DNA of 64,000 nucleotides, from contig CBDCYI010000005.1 of NCBI GenBank assembly GCA_965224085.1, positions 1,824,001 to 1,888,000 of the forward strand. Reading direction: 5' to 3'. The translations under genes were made by a program, and so were the position numbers. The notes under the pieces were generated by a model. The model did not search any database, was not told the DNA's origin, and saw only the letters and a list, made by a program, of their open reading frames with translations. This stretch comes from Candidatus Marinacidobacterales bacterium. Lineage in GTDB: Bacteria; Acidobacteriota; Vicinamibacteria; Marinacidobacterales; SMYC01. This document shows, one piece after another, positions 1 to 11,354 of this stretch. Numbering within the stretch: position 1 is the first letter of the stretch; each line of letters starts with the position of its first letter.

Positions 1-1143
1 GTTGCTACTGGCACCGCTAAAGATCTCGAGCGTTATCCGGCTTCGGTGACAGGGCAGTTTCTCTCGGGCAAGCTCTCGATCCCGGTCCCTCCGGAGCGGC
101 GCAAGATCTCGCCGCGCTTCGTCGAGATTCGCGGCGCGAGAGCGAACAACCTTCAGAGCCTCGACGTGAAGATCCCGCTTGGCGTGCTCATCGGCGTGAC
201 CGGCGTCTCGGGTGCGGGAAAGAGCACGCTCGTGAACGAGATCCTCTACCCGGCGCTGGCGCGCGCTTTGAACCGGGCCGAGAAGCTACCCGGTGCCCAT
301 CGGCTTGTGCGCGGGCTCGAAAACCTCGACAAAGTCATCGATATCGATCAATCGCCCATTGGACGGACTCCACGCTCGAATCCGGCCACCTATACGAAAG
401 CTTTCGACGAGATCCGCGGGTTCTTCGCGCATCTTCCCGAGGCGCGCGCGCGAGGCTACAAGCCAGGGCGCTTTTCCTTCAACGTGAAGGGCGGCCGATG
501 CGAGCATTGCGACGGCGACGGTGTCATAAAAGTCGAGATGCATTTTCTCGCCGACGTCTACGTACCGTGCGAGGAGTGCCGCGGGCGCCGCTTCAACGAC
601 GCGACGCTCGAAGTGAAATATAAAGGCCTCTCCATTGCCGATGTGCTCGATCTCACGGTCGCCGAAGCAGCTGAGCTCTTCGAGAACCATCCTTCGATCC
701 GCCGCATTTTGAAGACGTTGATCGAGGTTGGACTCGGCTATATCCGGCTCGGGCAAAGCTCGCCCACGCTTTCCGGCGGCGAGGCGCAACGGGTGAAGCT
801 CTCGCGCGAGCTCGCGAAGCGGTCCACGGGCCGCACGTTCTACATTCTGGACGAGCCAACGACGGGGCTTCACTTCCAGGACATCGCGCGCCTTTTGAAA
901 GTGCTCGAGAAGCTCGTCGAAGGCGGGAACACAGTGCTCGTCATCGAGCACAACATGGACGTCTTGAAGACGGTCGACTACATCATCGATTTGGGACCCG
1001 AAGGCGGCAAGCATGGAGGCTATCTCGTCGCGACGGGAACACCGGAGGAAGTCGCGGCGGAGCCGAGCTCCCACACCGGACGCGCGCTACGGGAAACGCT
1101 CGACGCCTCTCCGTTCGACGTTCCGGTGAAGAAGACGAGCTAA
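1..1143 (+). CDS. uvrA: Excinuclease ABC subunit A, C-terminal part (5' end outside window)
   Basis: GVSGAGKST Walker [31 protein letters not shown] zinc finger, [20 protein letters not shown]. Confidence 0.97.
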   Translation, partial: VATGTAKDLERYPASVTGQFLSGKLSIPVPPERRKISPRFVEIRGARANNLQSLDVKIPLGVLIGVTGVSGAGKSTLVNEILYPALARALNRAEKLPGAHRLVRGLENLDKVIDIDQSPIGRTPRSNPATYTKAFDEIRGFFAHLPEARARGYKPGRFSFNVKGGRCEHCDGDGVIKVEMHFLADVYVPCEECRGRRFNDATLEVKYKGLSIADVLDLTVAEAAELFENHPSIRRILKTLIEVGLGYIRLGQSSPTLSGGEAQRVKLSRELAKRSTGRTFYILDEPTTGLHFQDIARLLKVLEKLVEGGNTVLVIEHNMDVLKTVDYIIDLGPEGGKHGGYLVATGTPEEVAAEPSSHTGRALRETLDASPFDVPVKKTS

Positions 1144-1147
1144 GACC

Positions 1148-1331
1148 ATGCTCTGTGCGGCCGCCCTTCTCCTCGTCGCCGGCGAGCTTTGGACCGCCTC
1201 GGTGATCCGCGGACTGCGCGAGACCGAGGATGTTCGCGACGCACCCGCCATCGAGCAAGCGTTCGCGCGCCGCCTCGCCGAGCTAGAACGCTTTCCCTTG
1301 GATCTCGCCCCAACGGATCTGGAAGCCGAGC
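1148..1331 (+). pseudogene. 5' part of a hypothetical exported protein, truncated by IS6
   Basis: Hydrophobic N-terminus just after the uvrA stop; the frame runs into the IS6 end at 1332. Confidence 0.4.
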
Positions 1332-2138
1332 GGTATTGTCAAGTTGACGTTGAGCGAGCGAACCTATTGCGTCGAGCTGATTTCCTTTGCTCTCATCGGA
1401 CGGCACAGGTTACCTCCTGCCAGACGATGAAAGCGCGGTCTCGTAGCTCCCGATGATGATGCGCTTGCAACAAATGCCGTCCGACGCGAAAGAGGTTTTG
1501 CACGAGTCCATGCACGGTCAAGAATCGTTGCGCCTGCCCAGGAGCTTTAAACTTCCGCATCTGTCGTTCCCGTTGTCGCGTCGGTTCGTGCGAGACTTCG
1601 GCTAGGTTGTTTCTGTACTGGTCAGTGTCGTGGACGACGGACGGCATGACCTCGCGGTGAGCGGCGCTGTAGCTTCTCAGTTTGTCGGTGACCAGCTGCC
1701 AGGGCGGACGGCCTTGCCCTTTCAACAGCTTGCGGAAGAATCGTTTGGCGGCTTTCTGATCACGGCGAGGCTGGACGAGGATATCAATCACATCACCATC
1801 TTGGTCTACCGCGCGCCAGAGGTATTGGCGTTCGCCTTGTATCTTTATGAAAGACCTCGTCCGGGTGCCACGTGTCACCAAGGCGACCCTGCCGACGCTT
1901 CAGTCGCCGAGCGTATTCCGGCCCGAACTTGATGCACCAAAGTCGGATCGCTTCGTAGGAAACCGTGATGCCTCGCTGAGCAAGCAGCTCTTCGACGTTT
2001 CGAAAGCTCACGCAGAATCGGTGGTAGAGCCAGACGGCGTGGCTGATGATTTCCGGTGGAAATCGATAGCCGTGGTAGCTTGGCGCATCGGTCTTCATTG
2101 GACCATTCTGTCAGTCACCAGCTCAATTTGACAGCAAT
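1332..2138 (-). mobile_element. IS6-family insertion sequence, transposase frameshifted (ORFs 1793-2098 and 1393-1881)
   Basis: YHGYRFPPEIISHAVWLY, YLWRAVDQDG, LVTDKLRSY and NNLAEVSHEPTRQRER motifs; imperfect IRs GGTATTGTCAAGTTGA (1332) and TCAATTTGACAGCA (2123); the boundary near 2138 is approximate. Confidence 0.9.
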
Positions 2139-2139
2139 G

Positions 2140-2570
2140 GCACCGCCCGCGTGGGCGGAGGTCATCGGGGAGTGACCGAAATCGTTCGTTCACTCGAAAG
2201 TACCTCTCGAGTCCGAGCGCGCGGGTCGCCTCCTCCAGAAACATGGCTTTCCTGCCGTTCGCCTCCACGAGGACCCATTCGAGCATCGGACGGGCGATGG
2301 CCATCGGGGAGGGCGGGGCTCCCGCCCCCGGAGCCGATGTCGATGGACAGGCCGATTTCCGGTACCCAATTCAGGGCAGCGAGGGGCTCAGCGGAAATAG
2401 CGACGGACGCGCTCTTCGCTGCTACCAAAGCTCGTGAGCCCCGCCGCGCGGTCGAAACTCTTGACCAGAGCGTCCAGTATCTCTAGGCGCGTAAAACGCT
2501 TCTGCGCCGATTGCCGGTGTAGCTACCGCACCGAGAGCGTCGGTGATTTGCTTCTCGAAGGACGACGGGG
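2140..2570 (-). pseudogene. rsmG: 16S rRNA m7G527 methyltransferase, frameshifted and 3'-truncated by IS6
   Basis: IDIGSGGGSPALP followed after a frameshift by MAIARP..VLVEANGRKAMFL; position downstream of jag; start approximate. Confidence 0.75.
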
Positions 2571-2598
2571 TAGCGAACGTCAGGACGTGCTCGTGCTT

Positions 2599-3072
2599 CT
2601 AGTCGTCAGGAAGGATGATGACGCGCTTCATGATGCCCTCGCCCTCGCTCTCGGTCGTTACACCGTCGATTTCAGCGACCGCGAGGTGAACAACGCGGCG
2701 TTCGTAGGGGTTCATCCGACCCAGCTCTTCTTCCTCCCCGGTCCGCTTGACCCGCTCCGAGACGCGAGCCGCGATTTCCTGGAGCTCCACCTCCTTCCGC
2801 GCCCGGTAGCCGTCGCAGTCCACCACGAGCCGGCGATCGTCTAGATCGCGACCGAAAATACGATTCGCAAGATACTGAAACACGTCGAGGATCTCAGCCC
2901 GGTTCCGGATCATCAGGTCTCGGTCTTGGCCGGAAAGGTTGACGCAAAGCACATCCGGGTCCGCCTCCACGAGATCGACGCCAAGGTCCCAGTCGAGGTG
3001 CTCGACCATCTGTTCCATGAACTCTCGGACGTCGCCCGCGAGCGCATCTACTTCAGAGACTTCTTCCGCCAC
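2599..3072 (-). CDS. khpB: Jag/KhpB RNA-binding protein (KH + R3H, short form)
   Basis: VVDCDGYR and MNPYERRVVH R3H motif; follows yidC. Confidence 0.9.
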   Translation of the reverse strand: MAEEVSEVDALAGDVREFMEQMVEHLDWDLGVDLVEADPDVLCVNLSGQDRDLMIRNRAEILDVFQYLANRIFGRDLDDRRLVVDCDGYRARKEVELQEIAARVSERVKRTGEEEELGRMNPYERRVVHLAVAEIDGVTTESEGEGIMKRVIILPDD

Positions 3073-3078
3073 TGACTC

Positions 3079-4863
3079 TCAAACTCCCTGCTTCTCGCCC
3101 TTCTGGCGTTTGTTACTCTTGCCCTTCTTGACCGATTTCACGGCTTTCGCGTCCTTGAGCGCTTTCTCCTCCCGCTCCAACAGGAATCGGTTCGTCGTCA
3201 ACTGCTGCGCCATCGACACAAGGTTATTCGAGAACCAGTACAGCACCAAGCCTGACGGCGCCAACGCCAAGATGAACGTGAACATGATGGGCATGAACGA
3301 CATGATTTTCTGCTGCATGGGATCCGCGCTCGTCTGCGGAGTCATCTTCTGGATCGCCATCTGCGTGGCGCCCATGAGAACGGGCAAGACGTACACCGGG
3401 TCATAAACGGAGAGGTCTTGAATCCAGAAAATGAAAGGGGCCTGTCGAAGCTCGATCGACGACATGAGTAGGCGATAGAAGGCGAAGAAAAACGGGATCA
3501 TCAGCAACATCGGAAGACACCCGGAAAGCGGAGAAGCGTTGTTCTCCTTGTAGAGCGTCATGATTTCCTGATTCATGTGCTGATAGCGCGGATCGGTCGG
3601 CTTCACCTTCTTGTAGCGATCGCGGATTTTCTGTATCTGCGGCGCTAACTTCTGCATCCTACGCATCGAAACGAAGCTGTAATGCTTGAGTGGCACCAAG
3701 GCGACGTTGATAGCGACCGTCAAAAGAACGATCGCAAAACCCCAATTCCCAACGAACGCATAAATCTTCAGCAAAGCAGAGCGCAACAAAAGCGCGGGGT
3801 AGCGCATCCATGAGCCGAACTCGATGATCTGGCTCATGCCCGGCGCCAATGCCTCGAGCCTCTCGAGTTTTTTGGGTCCCATGTAAAGTGTAAAGATCGC
3901 CTTCGAGCTCGGCGCCTCGAGCGCCGCCGTGATCACTTCCCGCTCGGCGCGTTTCTCATCCTCCGTCGGAACCACGCCTGTCTCGAATCGCGACGCATAG
4001 AGGCCGTCGTCGGCCGGCAATATCAAGCCTGTGAAGTAATGCGACGCGACGCCCGTCGCCGTCACGCTCACGCCTGTGCCTGAGCCTTCGTCCACGTCCT
4101 GCGCGGTGAAAAGCTCCACCTCACCCCGCGAGACGACGACGCCTTTGTCCACCCCAACGTAGTGGCTCTTTGTGATCTCGTTCCCAATACCCCCGCCATA
4201 GAGAACCTGTTTGCCGACTTCCTCCCCGCGCTCCGATACCGATACCTCGACATGGATCCGATAAGTCGCACCCAAGAATGTCAGGTGCTTCTCAACGGCA
4301 AGGCCACGCCCGTCCGCCCACCTGAAGCTGACAGTCTTCTCTTCCCCGTCCGCGACCGACATTTTTCTCGGCGCGTCGGTCTCGAAAAGCGCCATCGACA
4401 CCGTTTCCGTGTCAAGAGGCGACGAAAGCCTCAGGTCCAACGGCCGAATATTTAAGTGCTCGGCGGCGCCCAGACCAACCATTTCATAGGGTTCTCGGGC
4501 GTTACTCAAATGTTCTTGCAGTCGCATACTCAAAAGCCGGGCACCGCGGTTGGAAAGAACCAGACGGTACAGGCTCGTTTCAACGACGACCTCGCGCTCC
4601 GCTGAAGCCGCTCGGATTTCATACTCCGACTCTTCTGCGCGCTCCGGCCGGTCCTCTGGCTCCCGTGACGGCGCTCTCTCTACAGACGGGGCCTGCTTAC
4701 TTGGAGACGCCGGCACGTCTGCGGGCGCGCTCAATCTGCTTCCGCCGTTTTCGACGAAAGGAGAAGACCCGTCTTCCGGCATCGGTGGCGGAGGAAAAAA
4801 TCGTGGCCACAGGGAGACGAGGAGGAACGTCGACCCAAAGAACAAGAGTAATCGTTTTTCCAT
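3079..4863 (-). CDS. yidC: Membrane protein insertase
   Basis: MEKRLLL N-terminal TM, GNWGFAIVLLT, PLSGCLPML, WIQDLS, PSGLVLYW. Confidence 0.97.
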   Translation of the reverse strand: MEKRLLLFFGSTFLLVSLWPRFFPPPPMPEDGSSPFVENGGSRLSAPADVPASPSKQAPSVERAPSREPEDRPERAEESEYEIRAASAEREVVVETSLYRLVLSNRGARLLSMRLQEHLSNAREPYEMVGLGAAEHLNIRPLDLRLSSPLDTETVSMALFETDAPRKMSVADGEEKTVSFRWADGRGLAVEKHLTFLGATYRIHVEVSVSERGEEVGKQVLYGGGIGNEITKSHYVGVDKGVVVSRGEVELFTAQDVDEGSGTGVSVTATGVASHYFTGLILPADDGLYASRFETGVVPTEDEKRAEREVITAALEAPSSKAIFTLYMGPKKLERLEALAPGMSQIIEFGSWMRYPALLLRSALLKIYAFVGNWGFAIVLLTVAINVALVPLKHYSFVSMRRMQKLAPQIQKIRDRYKKVKPTDPRYQHMNQEIMTLYKENNASPLSGCLPMLLMIPFFFAFYRLLMSSIELRQAPFIFWIQDLSVYDPVYVLPVLMGATQMAIQKMTPQTSADPMQQKIMSFMPIMFTFILALAPSGLVLYWFSNNLVSMAQQLTTNRFLLEREEKALKDAKAVKSVKKGKSNKRQKGEKQGV

Positions 4864-4883
4864 CTGGCCTCTTCAATTCCTCT

Positions 4884-5129
4884 TCACGGAACGCGGTCCG
4901 CCCCACCGGGATGGAACGGTTGGCAGCGTAAAAGCCGCGCGGCCATCAGCCACAACCCCCTCATGGCGCCGTATTTCGCGATCGCTTCGTCCGAATAACG
5001 TGAGCACGACGGATAGAAACGACACGCTCCACGGAAAACAAGACCGAGCGTCACCTGATACACGCGGATGGCCCATCTCAGCAGTGAGCCCAGAACCGCC
5101 CCATCGATGAACTTAAGGAATTTTCTCAA
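4884..5129 (-). CDS. yidD: Membrane protein insertion efficiency factor
   Basis: CRFYPSCSRY and RLLRCQPFHPGG; synteny. Confidence 0.93.
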   Translation of the reverse strand: MRKFLKFIDGAVLGSLLRWAIRVYQVTLGLVFRGACRFYPSCSRYSDEAIAKYGAMRGLWLMAARLLRCQPFHPGGADRVP

Positions 5130-5478
5130 GCAGCCTTCCTACGTGCTTCACGTAAGCCGCGTCAATGTCTCCGAAACTTGCTTCTTTGATCGGGCCCCGC
5201 GCGACGAGCACCATGTCCGCCGAAACATCCCGCGTCGGTTTCCTCTTTCGGAAGACTTCCCGGAGCAGACGCTTCGCGCGATTTCTCGTCACGGCACCGC
5301 CGACGCGGCGGCTCGCGACGACGCCTACCCGGAGCGGGCCCTGGCTTCTCTCCACGATGAATGCGACGAAGAAACGACTGACGATACGCCGACCCTCCTC
5401 GTACGCTTTTACGAACTCTCTTTTCTGCCGGAGACGTAAGTCTGCCGTCAACCGCTCATCACGACGCCGTCCGTTCAC
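5113..5478 (-). CDS. rnpA: Ribonuclease P protein component
   Basis: [25 protein letters not shown] motif; synteny. Confidence 0.95.
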   Translation of the reverse strand: MNGRRRDERLTADLRLRQKREFVKAYEEGRRIVSRFFVAFIVERSQGPLRVGVVASRRVGGAVTRNRAKRLLREVFRKRKPTRDVSADMVLVARGPIKEASFGDIDAAYVKHVGRLLEKIP

Positions 5479-5609
5479 GCCGCCAGGCGATGTCGCCCTT
5501 TGCGCCGCCGACGCGCCAGCACGGCGCGTCCTGCTTTGGAACTCATGCGAGCGCGGAACCCGTGCGTCTTCTTGCGACGACGGTTATTCGGTTGAAAGGT
5601 TCGCTTCAT
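5475..5609 (-). CDS. rpmH: 50S ribosomal protein L34 (44 aa, below the ORF-track cutoff)
   Basis: Manual translation [44 protein letters not shown]. Confidence 0.97.
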   Translation of the reverse strand: MKRTFQPNNRRRKKTHGFRARMSSKAGRAVLARRRRKGRHRLAA

Positions 5610-5864
5610 AGAAATTCCTTACTTCAAAAATCGGTTCCGCGCTCGCTAGAGCTAGATACGCCATGATAGCGCAGCCAAAGCGAAAACAATTATGCTACTC
5701 CGCGACTTGGGAGCTGTCAACCGCTCCTTCGTGCAAAAAGATCTCATCATTTCCATATTTTCGCTTGTCCACCAATCGAGCCCTATGCTAGATTACCCGC
5801 CTTGTCCTAAGTCGACAATGTTGAACACTTTTCCAGCGGGGATGGGGGTCCCCCGTATGGCGTA

Positions 5865-5896
5865 TTTTCCACACCTGTTGAAAAAGCTGTGGATAT
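5865..5896. promoter_or_regulatory. DnaA boxes upstream of dnaA
   Basis: TTTTCCACA at 5865-5873 and TGTGGATAT at 5888-5896, each one mismatch from TTATCCACA or its complement. Confidence 0.65.
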
Positions 5897-5979
5897 TTCC
5901 CGGCCCCACAAAGTTTGCTCCGGCGGTGCAGCTTTCTTGCTTTGTATCTATAACTTCTTTCTTGGCAACCATATAGGAC

Positions 5980-7329
5980 ATGAACCTCTGGGAAGAAGTA
6001 CTTCACAAGGTCGAGTCCAAGGTCAACCAGCATAGTTTCAACACTTGGTTTCGACCCACTCGCCTCCTTTTCGAGGCTGGAAATACGGTCGGTGTGCTCG
6101 TCCCTAATAACCACTTCCGCGATTGGCTCAACAAACACTATTCCGGCGTGATTCACGAGTCCCTCGACGAGCTCCACCGCCCGGATTTAGAAGTCGTTTT
6201 CGAGACCAACAAAGCTGGTGAGTCAGCATCTTCCCCGGAAGATGCTACCGATGCGCCCCTTGCCAGCGACACTTCAAAAGCCCGGGCTACGCGTAGCACC
6301 TATACGCCTACGACGCCGCCCCTCAATTTGAAATACCAATTCCAGAGTTATGTCGTAGGGACGAGCAACCAGTTCGCTCACGCGGCCGCCCGCGCCGTCG
6401 CTGAGGCGCCTTCGCGAGCCTACAACCCCCTATTCATCTACGGGGGGGTAGGTCTCGGCAAGACCCACCTACTTCACGCCATTGGTCACCAAATTCTCGA
6501 TCAACAACCATCCTTCGAGCTCGTATACATCTCGGCCGAGATGTTCATGAATGAGCTCATCAACGCAATCCGCTACGACCGCATTCTGGACTTTCGCGAC
6601 AAGCACCGCTCCTTCGACGTCTTGCTCGTTGACGATATCCAGTTCATCGCCGGCAAGGAACGTACTCAGGAGGAGTTTTTTCACACGTTCAACGCGCTCT
6701 ACGACGCCCAAAAGCAAATCGTCATATCTAGTGATTCCCCGCCCAGGGAAATCCCTACCCTCGAAGAACGCCTACGATCGCGCTTCGAGTGGGGCCTCAC
6801 GGCGGATATTCAAGCTCCTGACCTCGAGACCAAGATCGCCATCCTTCGAAAAAAGGCCGATGCCGAAGCCGTAGAGCTCCCGGACAACGTTGCCATCTTC
6901 ATCGCCTCACGTATCAAGTCGAATATTCGCGAGCTCGAAGGGTCCCTCATCCGCCTCATCGCCTACGCGTCTCTGACCGGCCGCTCCATCGATCTCGCCT
7001 TGACCCAGGATGTTCTCAAAGACTTGCTGCCGAGCGAGGACCGTCTCATCAACCTCGACGCCATCCAAAAGTTCATCGCCGACCACTACCGCCTAAAAGT
7101 TGCCGACCTCAAAGCGCGCAACAATGCTAAATCTGTCGCCCTACCTCGACAAATCGCTATGTACCTCGGAAAATCCTTAACCAAGGCAAGCCTACCCGAC
7201 ATCGGTAAGGCGTTCGGCGGAAAACATCACTCCACGGTCATCCATTCCGTCCGCAAGATCGCGAACCTGCGAAAGAGCGACCCTGAGTTCGACAAGGTTG
7301 TCCAGGGTTTTCTCAACTCTTTTCGCTAG
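5980..7329 (+). CDS. dnaA: Chromosomal replication initiator
   Basis: YNPLFIYGGVGLGKTHL, LLVDDIQF, QEEFFHTFN, RLRSRFEWGL, GGKHHSTVIH. Confidence 0.99.
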   Translation: MNLWEEVLHKVESKVNQHSFNTWFRPTRLLFEAGNTVGVLVPNNHFRDWLNKHYSGVIHESLDELHRPDLEVVFETNKAGESASSPEDATDAPLASDTSKARATRSTYTPTTPPLNLKYQFQSYVVGTSNQFAHAAARAVAEAPSRAYNPLFIYGGVGLGKTHLLHAIGHQILDQQPSFELVYISAEMFMNELINAIRYDRILDFRDKHRSFDVLLVDDIQFIAGKERTQEEFFHTFNALYDAQKQIVISSDSPPREIPTLEERLRSRFEWGLTADIQAPDLETKIAILRKKADAEAVELPDNVAIFIASRIKSNIRELEGSLIRLIAYASLTGRSIDLALTQDVLKDLLPSEDRLINLDAIQKFIADHYRLKVADLKARNNAKSVALPRQIAMYLGKSLTKASLPDIGKAFGGKHHSTVIHSVRKIANLRKSDPEFDKVVQGFLNSFR

Positions 7330-7598
7330 CCGGGTGCATCAGTGGAAATTTCCACAATTCCCTGTGCATAAGGCTGTGTAACTACTTACAATGCTTTGTT
7401 CATGCCCTACCCAACCCGGGTTATGGACATTTATGCACGAACATTAAACTGAGTCATCCACAGGAAATTCGAATTATAAATCATTTAAAATAAACAACTT
7501 AAACACCGTCGGGACTTTCTTTAACAGCCCCTTATTGATATAATTAAAAGGTATATATCTTTCTGATCTTAGAAAAGATTATAAAGGAAAGCGAACTC
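7330..7598. other. Replication origin oriC (dnaA-dnaN intergenic)
   Basis: AT-rich island in GC-rich DNA; DnaA-box-like TGTGCATAA 7363, TTATGGACA 7421, TTATGCACG 7431 and TCATCCACA 7454; then GCCCC followed by an AT-rich unwinding tract. Confidence 0.85.
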
Positions 7599-8708
7599 AT
7601 GGAGTTTACCGCCAAGAAGGATGAGCTACTTCGAGAGCTCGCGCTCATTCAAGGGATCGTCGAGAGGAAGAATACGATCCCGATTCTGGCCAATGTTCTC
7701 ATCGACGCCCATGACGGGTCGCTGGAGCTTGCGGCAACGGACCTCGATGTAGGTCTCAAATGTAAACTCCCGGCGACCGTGCACGAGCCAGGCGCCTTGA
7801 CGCTATCGGCAAAAAAACTCTACGAGATCGTTCGTGCGGTCTCCGAAAGCGAGATCCGGATCAAGGAGCTAGAGAATAGCTGGGCCACCATCGAGAGTGG
7901 GCGCTCCTTTTTCAAGATGGTGGGGCTCGGTAAAGAAGAGTTCCCCTCACTTGCGGAACCGCCATCCGACGGTTTCATATCTGTTCCCGGTGCCGTCCTG
8001 ACCGAGCTCATCAATAAGACGAGTTTTGCTATCACCGCTGATGACAACCGCTATTTTTTGAACGGCGCTCGCCTCGAGCTAACGGAGAGCGACATGCGTA
8101 TGGTCGCGACCGATGGCCATAGGCTTGCCTACATTTCGGCAAAGCGGACGAACGAGGATTCCGGCGCGGCTTGCGTCATCGTTCCCAAGAAGACACTTCT
8201 CGAGCTCGTCAAGATTCTTGGCGACGAGGAACGGTGTGTAGAATTTGCTCAAGGGGAAAACCATCTCTTCTTTAGGCTCGGCGAGCGCTTTCTCGTCTCG
8301 AAGCGCGTCGATGATCAGTTTCCCGCCTATGACAAAGTCTTGCCGCAAGGCAACGACAAGACCGTTATTTGCGGTCGAGAGGCCCTGGCGGGTGCTATCC
8401 GCCGTGTTTCGCTTCTGGCGAACGAGCGCTCGCGGGCCGTTCGCTTCGGCATCGAGTCGGGCCGCGTGGAAGTATCTTCCCAAAGTCCTGAGCTCGGAGA
8501 AGCTAAAGAATCTATCGAAGCTGGCTATGACGGAGACGAGATCCAAATAGGGTTCAATGGTCAGTACCTCCTCGATTTCTTGAATGCTGCGAACACGACG
8601 GAGATTCGCTTCGAGTTGAAGGACGATTCCTCTCAAGGGTTGCTCCGACCGGCGGATGAAGGTGATGAAAGGGATTACCGCTATGTCGTCATGCCGATGA
8701 GGCTTTAG
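7599..8708 (+). CDS. dnaN: DNA polymerase III beta clamp
   Basis: TIPILANVL, ATDLD, VATDGHRL, IGFNGQYL, VVMPMRL. Confidence 0.98.
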   Translation: MEFTAKKDELLRELALIQGIVERKNTIPILANVLIDAHDGSLELAATDLDVGLKCKLPATVHEPGALTLSAKKLYEIVRAVSESEIRIKELENSWATIESGRSFFKMVGLGKEEFPSLAEPPSDGFISVPGAVLTELINKTSFAITADDNRYFLNGARLELTESDMRMVATDGHRLAYISAKRTNEDSGAACVIVPKKTLLELVKILGDEERCVEFAQGENHLFFRLGERFLVSKRVDDQFPAYDKVLPQGNDKTVICGREALAGAIRRVSLLANERSRAVRFGIESGRVEVSSQSPELGEAKESIEAGYDGDEIQIGFNGQYLLDFLNAANTTEIRFELKDDSSQGLLRPADEGDERDYRYVVMPMRL

Positions 8709-8805
8709 ACGAAGCCAAAAAAAACGAATGAACGAAAGCCGGGCCTTGTCACCAGGACCCGGCGTCCCTTTAGCAAGCTACAGCTTGGGCGCGCTCGCCA
8801 GCTAA

Positions 8806-11298
<2,493 letters not shown>

Positions 11299-11354
11299 GA
11301 CCAGCGATCTAAAATCGACCCGCCCGATATTATTAGGTAATTCAGGAGTCAAGG

